DNA from: Mobula birostris | Taxonomy: Eukaryota | Reading direction: 5' to 3' | DNA: 64,000 bases | Assembly (NCBI RefSeq): GCF_030028105.1 | Contig: NC_092391.1 | Coordinates: forward strand, 26,509,223-26,573,222 | In this document: positions 52,601-64,000 of the stretch, in pieces | How positions within the stretch are numbered: position 1 is the stretch's first letter | Layout of the letters: every line of letters starts with the position of its first letter | Program-made: the position numbers and the translations under genes | Notes under the pieces: model-generated | Database searches by the model: none | What the model was told of the DNA's origin: nothing | The model's input: only the letters and a program-made list of their open reading frames with translations

Positions 52601-54771
52601 GACAGGGTCTGATAAGCTGATATGGGGAAGTAATATTTCCGTTGACTGCGATCTAGAATGAGGGTTCTCGTCTCAGGTTACAGAAACTGAAATAAGAAGC
52701 GAGGTAAGTTAAATAAGGAGATAGGTGATTTTCTAGACACAAAAGATATATGGTGTAGGGGTAGAGTGGGAAACTCTATTAAGTGGTGGAGTAAGCTTGC
52801 ATGAGCTGATCCTATGATTCCAAGTAAATCTTTTCCAAAAGTGGAAGTTCTCTACTAATCCAGATTGTTGCTATGAGAATAAGAGTTGTACACACCTTCA
52901 GCTGTTGGTGCGTCTGCTTTTTCACCTCTCCCCCTTTAGTTGTTGACCGACTTTTAATCTTGATAAATTCCTTAAAGGAAAAGGGGTTTGTTTCTTCATC
53001 ATCCTTTTCCTTTTCACCTGGAAGAGGCAGGCAAAAGCAAAAGAGAATTAAATGGCACAGTTCAATTAATGTTCAGTAACACTGAATAAACTGGTCTTGA
53101 TCAGAGGAATGCCAAATTACTAAATTTGTTTTTTGTGACTCCCGGGAGGGGAAAATATTATCAACCTGTTTTCCTGCACTAGTGCTTATACTGGGATGCA
53201 TCTGATGGAGACTGGAAAGCTTGTCCCATCCCCAAAACTAAGCAGTCCAGTGATATTTATGACAGCATCAGGGGAAATGATGGGGCAGAAAATTGCTTGG
53301 CTGATGGTCAAGCAGTTTCCTGGCCCCTCATTTCCCCAGATACCACACAGAAGAATGGATTTCTGGCCATTAAATGAATCAAGAGACATGGGCTAGGAGA
53401 GGAAAATGGTGCTGAGATAGAAGCTCAGCCACGATCATGTCGAAGATCTTTGAGAGGCCAAAAGGCCTCTGTATGTTTTCATAGTCAGGATTATTCCTGA
53501 TAGCTTCAGTCACCTGAACTTGCACTTTCTCCTATGCCCACTTGTAAAGGCTTTAGTATATAACTCAAACCAACATTCCCAGCAGAGAGCTGTGGATATA
53601 CTGCACCATGAGGGGGACATTGATATACCATCTGCCTCTCAAATGGACATCAAAGAACCTACACCACCATTACAAGGTGCAGAGATGTCCCATTTCCTCA
53701 GGCAATATTCATCCTCTACTAATACCCAGAACAAAACAACAAGAACATTATCTCAAATGTTGCTTGTGGTATTTTTGTATCAGAGTCAATACGTTGGTAG
53801 CCATTTGAGGAATTTGTATAAAAACTGATTGAATCCCATGGGATGAGGTGTTATTGGAGGTACATTTCTTGGAAGAATGACATATAAAGCATTCTAATAA
53901 AGGACCACTGATTTGTATTGTTAACACTGTTTCTCTCCACCAAAAGAGTACTTCCAGTATTTTCAGCATAAAAAGCTGACACACTCTTGAGAAAACCAGG
54001 AACTTCCAGTTAACTCAATGGGCAAATATCTAGCTAATTGACTACAATGTGGGAAGTTAAGAAACTCTCTATTTTAGCAGAAAGAAATAAAAAGCAGTGG
54101 CTAAAAATCAAGGAATTGCAGAGATCTAACATGCAGCAGGGTCTGGATGTCCTTCCCGAAATGATCTTTTCTTGTACTAGAATTGGTCTATAAAACAAAG
54201 GAGACCACATACAGAATACAGTGTACAGTACTGACGTTTTTATACAAGGAAGTATGTTAAATCATTGAAAGTAGTTGAGTGAAGGCTTATTGGGCAGGTA
54301 TCCTGGGTTGTTTTGTGATGAGAGACTGGAACCTGTAAGAGTGAGAGACGACTTGGTTGAAATGTACTTAATCTTTGGAACTTTAACAGGATTACTACAA
54401 CAAGAGTGATTGTTTAAACAGTAAGGGGTCACTCATTTAAGACAGAGTTTTTATTCTCACGGGGATTATGACCATTTGGAACTGTGGATGCAGAATATCT
54501 GTGTATTTTAAGACAAAGGTAACTTGATTCTAGATAAGCAAGGGTGGGGGGGTTGAAAGTGGGTCAACAAGAATGAAGAGGCAAGAATAGATTGACCACT
54601 ATTCTCGTTTAAAATCGCTGTGCAAAGGGCTCGAACCTCCGGAGACAACTCTACGGTGATTCCAATCCCGCCACCATTCAAACGGCTGCAGCTTAACTCC
54701 ACTGAAGGGAGGCGGCAGCTGCCTTCTATCGGATCGCGGGTTACCTCACCTCGCTCTCCCCGGGAGCTCAT
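43530..54771 (-). CDS. ENTR1: Endosome-associated trafficking regulator 1 (SDCCAG3), complete, about 360 aa
   Basis: 8 GT-AG exons with consistent phases: 54771-54750, 53017-52896, 50782-50342, 45927-45854, 45195-45084, 44725-44663, 44497-44358, 43638-43530 (TGA); total 1083 nt. Motifs NPFSFKEF, DDWSETYQPAVIE, QQVEENLQLMTKRAVKAEN, SGAETLRLAADLLKSIDKI; position between SNAPC4 and PMPCA matches known synteny. Confidence 0.95.
44358..44497 (-). CDS. ENTR1: ENTR1 coding exon 7
   Basis: AELQQCKSENERLRSQDTAALISAKNSARLASDYLVKTAHEAETSV. Confidence 0.92.
44663..44725 (-). CDS. ENTR1: ENTR1 coding exon 6
   Basis: KRAVKAENTVTKLRQELTLVQ. Confidence 0.94.
45084..45195 (-). CDS. ENTR1: ENTR1 coding exon 5
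   Basis: TRTLEEELDRRKIKEEKEARALEAMVQQVEENLQLMT; donor gtgaga. Confidence 0.94.
45854..45927 (-). CDS. ENTR1: ENTR1 coding exon 4
   Basis: LKEENALLRRQTKEAKQLAKNHIKR, start of the coiled coil. Confidence 0.92.
46275..47020 (+). mobile_element. Rex1/Babar-type LINE 3' fragment
   Basis: WCQENNLSLNVAKTKELVVDYRR, FYRGTIESILTGCITAWYGNC, LLPSGKRYRSIKARTNRL; aataaag + attca tail. Confidence 0.85.
47356..47625 (+). mobile_element. tRNA-derived V-SINE (HE1-like)
   Basis: A/B-box-like head (gagttcaattc), V-domain ttcctccaggtactctggtttcctcccacagtccaaagac, CR1-type tail gggccggaaaggcct. Confidence 0.8.
47814..49862. mobile_element. pogo/Tigger-like DNA element interrupted by a LINE
   Basis: Left agtggattctggttaattgggac and right ctcaattaaccgg are imperfect inverted repeats; boundaries approximate. 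Confidence 0.45.
48430..49130 (+). mobile_element. Rex1/Babar-type LINE 3' fragment
   Basis: LTAFYRGCIESILGSCITAWFGNC, LFSLLPSGKR; ~30-bp tandem units (tctagtgtag) at 48945-49030; gacaataaac tail. Confidence 0.85.
50342..50782 (-). CDS. ENTR1: ENTR1 coding exon 3
   Basis: 441-nt open exon DSLGIAFEDD...DDDWSETYQPAVIEAAHE...LSNEK; donor gtaagg. Confidence 0.9.
51640..52400 (+). mobile_element. Rex1/Babar-type LINE fragment nested in a degraded CR1 (about 51360-52810)
   Basis: LVEWCRSNNLALNVS*TKELIVDFRKG and LPAGRRYRSLKAHT; CR1-like sequence on both sides. Confidence 0.78.
52896..53017 (-). CDS. ENTR1: ENTR1 coding exon 2
   Basis: EKEKDDEETNPFSFKEFIKIKSRS...QQLK; cttccag acceptor, gtgtgt donor. 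Confidence 0.92.
54750..54771 (-). CDS. ENTR1: ENTR1 coding exon 1
   Basis: ATG AGC TCC CGG GGA GAG CGA G|gtgagg in the CpG island; phase 1 matches exon 2. Confidence 0.7.
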
Positions 54772-54864
54772 CCTCACCGCGGTCAGCAGGCCGTTGTCAA
54801 GGGCCAGTTGACCCGGATCTCGTTCTTGTCGGGGTAAGTGGCCGGAAGTTCACAGGCAGCCAAG

Positions 54865-54911
54865 ATGGCGGCGCGCATGACGAGGCTGAGGTCGTGGACT
54901 CAACTCCGCAG
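54865..54911 (+). CDS. PMPCA: PMPCA coding exon 1
   Basis: aagATGGCG start; donor AG|gtaaag. Confidence 0.9.
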
Positions 54912-57900
54912 GTAAAGAGCACGGAGACGCGGTGGATGCGCCTCGGGATCTCGTTCCTGGTACGCTCTGTGTTTGTGTTGCGTGTCGGAGGGTAACGCTT
55001 AGCTCTCTGTGCCGCAGGTGTGGCCTCGCCGGCAGCAGGCGGTACAGCAGCGCCGGATATCCCGGGATCCCGCTCTCCACGCCGTTGCCCAATGTCCCCA
55101 AACCGAACTACGCCACGGCTGGTGACCACGACAAGCATGAAACGCGCATCACGGTGCTGGAAAACGGATTGCGGGTGGCCTCGCAGGACAAGTTCGGCCA
55201 GTTCTGCACAGTTGGTGGTGAGTGCAAGAGGCTAGCAGTTTCAGTGCTGGCCAATACTCATTCTTCAACCCACATCATAAGCACACAAATCAGTTTATCT
55301 GATCCTTATTACAGTGCTGTAGGCGCGATGTTGTTTTCGATATGCTGCTCCCCTCCCCCGTTTCTGAAGTATCTACGGTAGTTGTTTTGAGACCAGAGTA
55401 CTTTATTCGCTAAAGTCAACCTTACAATCTGATGTCCGTATCTTCTAGTTTCTGTTTTCATCCATAACTTTGTTTTGTGCTTCAATGATGTCAATGTCTC
55501 AGTAAGGTAACACAATCCAAAAATGTACAACTTGAATGAATAGACTTTCCCTTCATCCTTGCTTAAAATTCAAAGTAAATTTATTATCAATGTTAATATG
55601 TCATCATTGACAACCCTGAGGTTCATTTTCTTTTGAGTATACTCAATAATAACATTAGTAGAATCAGTGAGTGACTCCACAAACTTGGGTATTGAACCTG
55701 TGTGCAAAAGACAACAAACTGTGCAAATACAAACAAAGAAATAATATTAATAAATATCAAGAACATGAGTCCTTGAAAGTGAAGTAACATTTCAATGATG
55801 GGGCAAATGAAGTTATCCCCTGATGGTTGAGGGGTATTAACTGTTCCTGAACCAGGTAGTGTGAGTCCTGAGGCAGCAAGAAGAGTATGTCCTGGGTCGT
55901 TGAAGTCCCAGATGATGGATGCTGCTTTCCTGTAACTTTGCTTTGTGTAGATGTGCTCAGTGCTGGGGAGGGTTTACCCGTGATGGACTGGGCTGTATCC
56001 ATACTTTTTGTAGGATTTTCCATTCAACGGCATTGGTGCTTCCATAATCGTGTCACTATAGTCTCCACTGCCCATCAATACAAGTTTGTCAAAGTTTTGG
56101 ATGTCATGCCAAATCTTCGCAAGCTCCTAAAGAAGTAGGGGTGCTGTCATGCTTTCTTCGTAATCGCACTTGCCTGCTGGGCCCAGGACGGGTCCTCCAT
56201 AGTAATAACGCCAAGGCATTTAAAATCGCTGACCCTTTCCACCTCTGGCCCTCTGAGGACTGGTTCATGGGCCTCTGATTGCCTCCTCCTGAAGTCCAGT
56301 AGGCTCATTATTGTGAGGCTGTATATCCAAGTTTAGATGCTCAGCACCTATCCTATCAGTCCTTGAGGACCATGCATGTCCCTTCGAGAACACCTCTTAT
56401 TCTATTGAAATACACTGAGTAAAGGTAAATGTTGGTCAGTCTCATCCAATAACACAACCCAGTCATCCCAGAATCATCCAGCTGCGCTAATTGCGTGGTC
56501 ATATATTCATAGTAAAAAGCAGAAAACCACTGACACCAGAAATCTGAAATAAAAGTAGAAAATGCTCGGGATTCTAAGCAGGCTAGGCAAGATTTGTGGG
56601 GAAAACATGATAAAGCTTCATTGATTTGAAACATTAACTCTGATTCTCACCACAAATATGGCCTGAGTATCTCCATTTTCTGGTTTAAATTCATATTAAG
56701 TTCGCAATCCCAGAATGCAAATCAGTCAACCCTTGTCAAACCTCGTAAAATCACAGCAAGGCTTGATTCCTTTTGAACACCAACTTTTAGTAGTTTCTCA
56801 CCATCTAAAAAGAATTGTTTATTTGTGTTTCATACTAATGTGAAACCCCCTTTTTTATATAACATTATTTATCTGCCATTCCTTTACCCACATACTAATT
56901 GGTCTGTAACCCTTTACAGATTCTACACAGGCCGCTTTCCAATCAGATTTTGTGTTATAAACAAACTACGTGGAAAATAGTTGTGCCCGGCAAAAAGATT
57001 AATGCCAGGACCTACTCATTATGACTATTGAACTGCTTCACAGTTTAATGCTGCAAGCTGCCCTCTGTGTTCTAGTGGATGCCTTTTGAATTGCTAATTG
57101 CTTGCTGTCCATACTAGTGCACTATGATTTATAACAGGGACACATTGGTCCATCTAAAGATCAAAAAATACCTGTAGCTTTTTAAAAAAAAAGTCAGATT
57201 TTGTATTTTCTTTGCTGAGTGATTGATTTCACATTTCTTTACATTGTTCTTCATTGACCATATTCTTTATGAGCTGCCTGTCTTCCTAGTCTCTGCATTT
57301 CCACGTAGCTTGCTTTCACATTTAGCTGTACATCATCAACAAACTCGGGTTTATCGTCTCCTGGTGCTTTTCCAAAAGTATTTGTACAGAATGCACCATT
57401 TTCCTTAAATAAAAAAACTGCTGATACTAGAGATCCCTATTAAGAATGGGTGCTGGAAACACTAAACTGTCACGTGCCCAGAGGTTATATGAGGGTAATC
57501 TGAGATTTTTTATCTCCCAACAAGTGAAGAATGCTAAAAACCCAAGATCACGTGGAATGAAAAACAGAGTTTGTGCTTCAGATAAAATATTCTGCCTGTG
57601 CGGCTAACATTTATCGTACGCTTGGATGTTATTACTCTTTCCTCTTGTCCACCATATCAGCTACTTCAAAAACTGAGCAGAACTGTCACAACAACATCTG
57701 TTTCATAAATCCACTTTGATTTTACTGAACAAAGTTAGGATTTTCTCAGTGCCTTGTTGCTCAGATTATCGTGATTTCTTTACTGTTGAAGTCAGACTTA
57801 CAGTTCCCTTCTCTCACTTTCTCATGCCCTCTCTCGTTGTAGCATTATGTTGGACACTGTTGTTGATCTCTGCCAGTTGCCCGGAGACACCATGAGGAGT

Positions 57901-60900
57901 GGGTATGCTGAGATTTTACCCCCTAAGCTACCAGGCATTGACAAATGCTAAAGCCCACAACTAGATATTTACATTGAGGGAATCGTTCATTTTATTTTAC
58001 TGACTGCATTTGGGTCTTTAAAATATGCCACACAAGCAATCATAGGCACATAAAGACCCCTGGTTTATCCAGTCTTTCCCCTATAGCAGTGATGCTTCGT
58101 TTGTCCAAAATGCACTTCCTTCCTCTTGAGATCATGGAGTTCCTGGGTGTTTCTTGGATTTTTTAATCTTTATATATGCACAAGATAACCACCAATACAT
58201 AAATCCATGCAATTCTTGCTCAAATAGTTCACAAATTGTGCACTAAGTCAGCAAGCTGTCCCACAATTTGGTGTTCTTTGGGGATGGACCATCTTGCATG
58301 AGTTGAAATTGCTACTTTTATTTTGTCCAAATCTGTTTAATTCCACTGCAACACAATCTCTCCCCTTACCATCATTATTGCTAGACAGCTGTACAATAGT
58401 TCCAGGAACTGACCTATGTTCATGTCCTTGTTCACAGGCTCCATCGCCAGTCAGATGAGCAGTTGTATGTCTTGGGATTAGGTTCCTCTTGCCTTGTCTT
58501 AGTGTTTTTGCTCCCTGCACAAAGTTCAAAGTAAATTTATTATCGAAAGCACATACATCACCTAAGGTTAATTTTACATAGGAAATAGGAGCAGGAGTAG
58601 GCCATCCGGCCCATTGAGCCTGCCCCGCTATTCAATAAGATCATGGCTGATCTGTCCGTAAACTTAGCTCCATCTACCCGCCTTTTCCCCATAACCCTTA
58701 ATTCCCCTACTGTGTAAAAACCTATCTAAATGTATCTTAAATATATTTAGCGAAGAAGCCTCAACTGCTTCCCTGGGCAGAGAATTCCACAGATTCACCA
58801 GTCTCTGGGAAAAACAGTTTCTCCTCATCTCTGTCCTAAGTCTTCTCCCCTGAACCTTGAGGCAATGTCCCCTAGTTCTAGTCTCAACTACCAATGGAAA
58901 CAACTTTCCTGCTTCTATCTTATCTATCCCTTTCAAAATGTTGTATGTTTCTATAAGATCCCCTCTCATTCTTCTGAATTCCAGAGAGTATAGTCCCAGG
59001 CCACTCAATCTCTCCTCATAGGTTAACCCCTTCATCCCTGGAATCAACCTGGTGAACCTCCTCTGCACTGCCTCCAAAGCCAGTATATCCTTCCTCAGGT
59101 ATGGAGACCAGAACTGCACACAGTACTCCAGGTGCGGTCTCACCAGTACCAGTTGCAGTATGACCTCCCTGCTCTTGAATTCAATCCCTCTAGCAATAAA
59201 GGCCAACATTTTGTTTGCCTTCTGAATAGCCTGTTGTACCTGCAAGCCAACTTTTTGTAATTCATGAACAAGCGCTCCCAGGTCCCTCTGCACAACAGCA
59301 TGGTGTGATCTTTCACCATTTATATAATACTAATACTCATGTGGGCTTGCTCAATAGAATAATAACTGTAACAGAATCAATGAAAGACCGTATCAACTGG
59401 GGTGTTCAACCAATGCACAAAAGACAACAAACTGCAAGTACAAAAAGAAAGAAATGATAATTATAAATAAACGAACAATGAATGTTGAGATGCACCCAGT
59501 CCATATACTCTCCACTCGTATCTACAGAAGTTTGTCACGCTGAATCTTTGCAAACTCCTGGGGAAGTAGAGGCGCTGTTGTGCTTTCTTCATTACACTTG
59601 CGTGCTGGGCCCAGGACAGGTACTCTGAAATAATAACACTGAGGAATTTAAATTTGCTGACCCTCTCCACCTCTGATCCTCCTATGAGGACTGACTCACA
59701 GGCCTCTGGTTTCCTTCTCCTGAAGTCAATAATCAGCTCCTTGGTCTTGCTGTCATTGAGTGAGAGGTTGTTGTTGTGGCACCACTCGGCCAGATTTTCA
59801 GTCTCCCTGCAGACGAGGCCCTGGCCAAACTGCTTGACCTCAGTCTGACTAAGAATGTATTTCAATTCAATCTACAAGTCAAAGGCACGGCGATGGGAAA
59901 GAAGTTCACCCTGGCCTATGCCAACATATACATCGCAAAGTAGGAAGAGGCAGAGTACCCAAAGTGCCCTAAAATCCCTTGTGCCTCTGCAGATACCTAG
60001 ATGATGTCTGGGGAGGTGTGGACACATTCTGAGACTGAATTAAAGGAATTCATTCAAATCCTGAACAGTCATCACCCCTCCATGAAGGTTAAGGCCACAA
60101 CAAGTAGGAAGAAAATTGATCTCCTGGACACAACAGTATTTAAACTAGCACCAGAAAATAGCAGCCAGAAGCTAGCCACTAAGGTATTTTTCAAAACCAC
60201 ACACACACATGCCCTCCTTCACACAAGCATCCACCACCTAAACACACCTTCAGGGGCATTGTCAAATCACAACTGACCCGGTTTCACCACATTTGCACCA
60301 CGAACGAGGACTTCCAACAGGCCAGAACTAGCCTCTCACTGCACTCTGACAGGCTACGGTAGACGGAAATTCGGGCACAGTCTTGACTTCTCGAAAGGCC
60401 TCACAAATCCCAGACCACAGAACACACAAGCTGTCATTGATAACAGGATACTGTGGGATGGTGGTTAATATCCACAGGACAATTAAATCCCACATTGAAC
60501 AATTTAAGCGGTGGGGGGTGGAGGGGAACACGGGGGGTCAATGCACAGTGGAGTCAGCTTTTAAAAGTGGTCAAATCTTGAGGGATGTTCTGGTTAGTAC
60601 CAAATTACATGCAGCCACAAGACCAGAACAGAGCTGTCAGCAGACTTTTCTAGCAGCATGAACTGGCCAGACCTTCAAAGAAAAAGAGCACAAAGGAAAT
60701 GGATTGAAACATTACAAAACTACTCCCAAAATGATCTAAATGAAGCCTAAGAACTAGCCCTAAAAGCAAATGGTATAAGCTTAATAACTAGGCCGAAAAA
60801 TACTGATTGGATCTATGAAGTTATCCTATTCTCAAGGCTCTAACACATTCCCTCTTAATTTAATTTAATCCAGATTGGATTCCCGTCCACCCAGATACTA

Positions 60901-63266
60901 CAGAGATCACCAAAAACTATGCAAAGCAGAGAAGATAAGTCTTGTGAACTCACAAACAGTCCTGTACATCTCCCATTACAGATACCACCCCCTGCGCCCA
61001 AGCAGACCAACCTAAGGGATACCCCACCCCATTCTGCAGGAGGATGTACAGCTCAAGAACAACTCCTCCCCAAGTAGACCATGCCCCCCTCTCCCCTCCA
61101 GCCTTTTACCACCATCCCCCATCCCCAGACATCCCACCCTGCAAAAACTCATTTCAGGGAGTTAGCGCCATCAATTTGCGGGAGACTTCTGGGAGAGATG
61201 GGATGCCTGCAACAGAGTAGCTCCTTAGCAGCCAGCCAGCTAGTTTAAGTAACGTTAGCTATGCTAATGAACGAATGACACCTGTTAAACTCACCTCAAC
61301 ATGTCTTTTACAGTCTTAACCCACCATGGGCAATAGAAAAGTCACCGTTGCAAACAGTGCAGCGAGCAACACTGTCATTATTTTTGACCCCTATTAGGCA
61401 GGGGTACACCTTAGGGTAGTCTGGGGTGACGTACGTTTTATATTTTCTGTTTTTGGAACACTCTGCCATGGCGCGCGCTCTCGCTCTCAAAAAAAATTGA
61501 TTTCCGGGATATTGTATATAATTTGCAGGCATCAGGGAGCCACTATTAATATGCAGGAGGCTCCCGGAACTTCCAGGAGAGGTGGAATGTCTGCATCCCC
61601 TAACCTTCACAACTCCACAGACCCCAGCCTGGCCAAGCCCCTCTCGCTCCTCCAGATCCTCACTTCCATCCCAACCCTACTCCTATCTGTAATCCCAACC
61701 ACTGGCTCACATCCCCACAAACCTGATCACTCATTCCCTTCAATCCACCCCCAACACCAGTCATAAGCAATTACCCCACCACCCCACAAACCCTTAGCAT
61801 ATCTATAACCCTAAACCTTCAGAGAGATGTAAGAAGGAGAAAGATCCCAATAAAGGTAAATAGTGTTGGACCAGGTTAATTAAAGTGTTGACCAGATTGA
61901 AGTACCAGGGTCAAGTGACACTGTATCTCCAGTAACGAGATCAAGAAGGAAAATTTCAAGGTCTCTCCCAAAATTACTCTCATGTTAATCTCATTCATTT
62001 TACCCCAATTCTTCTACTGGTGCTCAGCATCTGCCCTTTGCCCAGTGTCCTAAGGCATTTTCTTTTCAAAATCAGGATTAGAACATAGAACAGTGCAACA
62101 CAGCACCAGACCCTTCAGACAACAGTGTTGTGCTAACCCAGCTAAAAAGCAAATCAAAGACATCCAAACACTAATTCCTCCTACCTACACAGTGTCTGTA
62201 TCCCATCTTCCTCACATCCATGTGCCTATCTAAATGTCTCTTAAAAGCCTCCAGTGCATTTGTCTCTTCCACCGTACCAGGCAGTGTATTCCAGGCATCC
62301 ACCACTCTGAGTGGAAAACTTACCCCTCCCACCCTCCTTGAACCTCTGGTATTAGACATTTTAACCCTGGCAAACAAATACTCCCTGTGCACTCTATCTA
62401 TGCCTCTCATAATCTTATAAACCTCTATCAGATCTCCCCTCGGCTTCTGCCGCTCCAGAGAAAACAACCCAAGTTTATCCAGCCTCTCGTGACAGCACAT
62501 GCCCTCTAAACCAGGTAAATCTATTCTGCACCCTCTCCAAAGCCTCAACATTCTTCCTGTCGTGGGGCGACCAGAACTGTGTGCGATATCCTGGATGTGG
62601 CCTAGATGTTGGCTGAGGATGCTGCCATTAATAGGATTGTATCTTTCAGTTTTAGTGAATGCTGGGTCAAGACATGAGGTGAAATTTCCCAGTGGCATTT
62701 CCCACTTTCTGGAAAAGCTGGCATTTTCTGTAAGTATTTTCCACATTTTATCAAGAATCTTAAACAATTTGATCACGAGCACAGTTTTTGAAACAAAAAT
62801 AATGAGATGGTCAAAGTGGGTTGAATAGTAAATTTTAAAACAATAATAGCGAATTCTTAATAGTTGATGAAAACTGGCTGTGAGTCAGAGTCAGGATCCG
62901 GTCATTGACCAAAATTTAATCCAGGACATTCCATGGTAATTTAGCTTAAATTGGAAGTAAGGCTAATTAGTAGCTATTTTGCTTGCAGTATATTATTTCT
63001 TCTTCATATCTTGTCTCTCTAACCAGATCTCACTCACTACCTGTGCTGTTGAGAGTTGGTTCTGAATAAATGATGTCATTAAGGAAGGTGGGAATGATGT
63101 GCGAGGTTGGGTATTGTTTACCTCATGTTAAATGTCTGAGATGGAGTTTTTTAAGCTTGTAACCGTGTGTGTTTTGTCTTCAGTCTACAGCACAGTTTGG
63201 CTCGAAGGATGAAATTCTCCTCACCCTGGAAAAACACGGGGGGATTTGCGACTGTCAGTCTTCCAG
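54865..63266 (+). CDS. PMPCA: Mitochondrial-processing peptidase subunit alpha, 5' part (exons 1-4)
   Basis: Exons 54865-54911, 55018-55217, 62650-62729, 63184-63266 splice in frame: Arg-rich presequence [16 protein letters not shown], then [88 protein letters not shown] (M16 family, alpha-type HFLEK). Confidence 0.97.
55018..55217 (+). CDS. PMPCA: PMPCA coding exon 2
   Basis: [24 protein letters not shown]...GQFCTVG; ccgcag acceptor, gtgagt donor. Confidence 0.95.
55565..56300 (-). mobile_element. Rex1/Babar-type LINE 3' fragment
   Basis: Reverse complement of the same RT C-terminal region; tail ttcaaagtaaatttattatc on the plus strand. Confidence 0.75.
58578..59325 (-). mobile_element. CR1-type LINE 3' fragment, well preserved
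   Basis: 209-aa [12 protein letters not shown]...[37 protein letters not shown]...RGDLIETY; interrupts a Rex1-type tail (58525-58575 and 59330 onward). Confidence 0.9.
59330..59810 (-). mobile_element. Rex1/Babar-type LINE fragment
   Basis: [30 protein letters not shown]...[10 protein letters not shown]. Confidence 0.8.
59815..60660 (+). mobile_element. Penelope-like retroelement RT fragment, frameshifted
   Basis: Across frames: [88 protein letters not shown]; this motif order is typical of Penelope RTs. Confidence 0.85.
61126..61593 (-). mobile_element. Non-autonomous hAT-like element with a zinc-finger remnant
   Basis: TIRs cagacatcccacc / ggtggaatgtctg, flanking catccc repeat; minus-strand [42 protein letters not shown] resembles a transposase N-terminal zinc finger. 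Confidence 0.7.
62078..62605 (-). mobile_element. CR1-type LINE 3' fragment
   Basis: [33 protein letters not shown]; tagaacatagaac tail on the plus strand; ends about 45 bp before PMPCA exon 3. Confidence 0.85.
62650..62729 (+). CDS. PMPCA: PMPCA coding exon 3
   Basis: [27 protein letters not shown]; donor gtaagt. Confidence 0.95.
63184..63266 (+). CDS. PMPCA: PMPCA coding exon 4
   Basis: [28 protein letters not shown]; donor gtgaaa. Confidence 0.95.
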
Positions 63267-63549
63267 GTGAAACGAAACACAGACCATTGCTGGTGTTTTG
63301 TGACCTCATTGATTTTGTGTGTGTGCATTTGTGTCTCGGATTGGAAAACAACAAGTCACTGCGTACAGTGTAGGGTATTGAGCTCACGTGGACTCCAGGG
63401 TCAATCCTATCACATTTCAAGATAATGCTGAGACATTGTAATTGGTTGAGATGCCTTTAGTATGACAGGAAGAGTCAATCAGATCTGAGCTACGTCCCGT
63501 CTGTGGAGCTATTGGGAGGACTGAGATTGGTGATAGAAGTGATTAACCC

Positions 63550-64000
63550 GTCCCAGTTTATATATGAACTCGGGTTGACACCCATCAGAGTAACTGGAAA
63601 TAGAAAAGGCTTGTCAGAAGGGCAGTGTTATGATAATTGTGGGGGATTTTAACATGCGAGTGGATTGGGAAAATCAGGTCGGCACTGGATCTTGAGAGAA
63701 TTTGTAGAATGTCTGCGAGATGGCTTTTTAGAACAACTTGTTGTTGAGCCCACTAGGGGATCGGCTGTACTGGATTGGGTATTGTGTAATGAACCGGAGG
63801 TGATTAGAGAGATTGAGGTGAAGGAACCCTTAGGAGGCAGTGATCATAACATGATTGAGTTCACTGTGAAGTTTGAAAAAGAGAAGCCGAAATCTGATGT
63901 GTCGGTATTTCAGTGGAGTAAAGGAAATTACAGTGGCATGAGAGAGGAACTGGCCAAAGTTGACTGGAAAGGGACATTGGCGGGAAAGACAGCAGAGCAG
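63550..64000 (+). mobile_element. CR1-type LINE endonuclease region, runs off the window
   Basis: IIVGDFNMRVDWENQ, FLEQLVVEPTRGSAVLDWVLCNE, EPLGGSDHNMIEF are AP-endonuclease motifs. Confidence 0.88.

Larger units (their letters stand above)
54700..55220. promoter_or_regulatory. CpG island and bidirectional ENTR1/PMPCA promoter
   Basis: CpG-dense against a CpG-poor background; divergent ATGs at 54771 and 54865; ETS/GABP-type CCGGAAGT at 54842-54849; YY1-type CAAGATGGCGGC at 54861-54872. Confidence 0.85.

Noticed and set aside
62700-62717. HFLEK in place of the M16 zinc motif HxxEH, suggesting an inactivated peptidase
   Set aside because: This is the normal state of the non-catalytic MPP alpha subunit.

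Overview
Eukaryotic (vertebrate) genomic DNA. The repeat landscape (CR1, Rex1/Babar, Penelope, V-SINE, Tc1, hAT, pogo) points to a cartilaginous fish, probably a ray; the organism call is inference. The window holds three spliced genes in the order known from human 9q34.3: SNAPC4 (minus strand, ATG 40158, at least 19 coding exons read by hand down to 2305, 3' end outside or unresolved), ENTR1/SDCCAG3 (minus strand, 8 coding exons, 54771-43530, about 360 aa, complete) and PMPCA (plus strand, first 4 coding exons, 54865-63266, continuing past the window). ENTR1 and PMPCA are head-to-head with only 93 bp between their start codons. Most ORFs in the supplied track are spurious or decayed transposon fragments. 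I found no evidence for a new multi-gene system. The most unusual items are intronic: (1) an ITS2 + 5' 28S rDNA fragment joined to a LINE-like 3' tail inside a pogo-like MITE; (2) a Sleeping Beauty-family Tc1 element with two right ends forming a ~430-bp inverted repeat; (3) a nested hAT composite whose empty version is also in the window; (4) decayed hammerhead-ribozyme cores in Penelope-derived repeats. Exon coordinates and homologies come from manual reading and recalled protein sequences, not from database searches.
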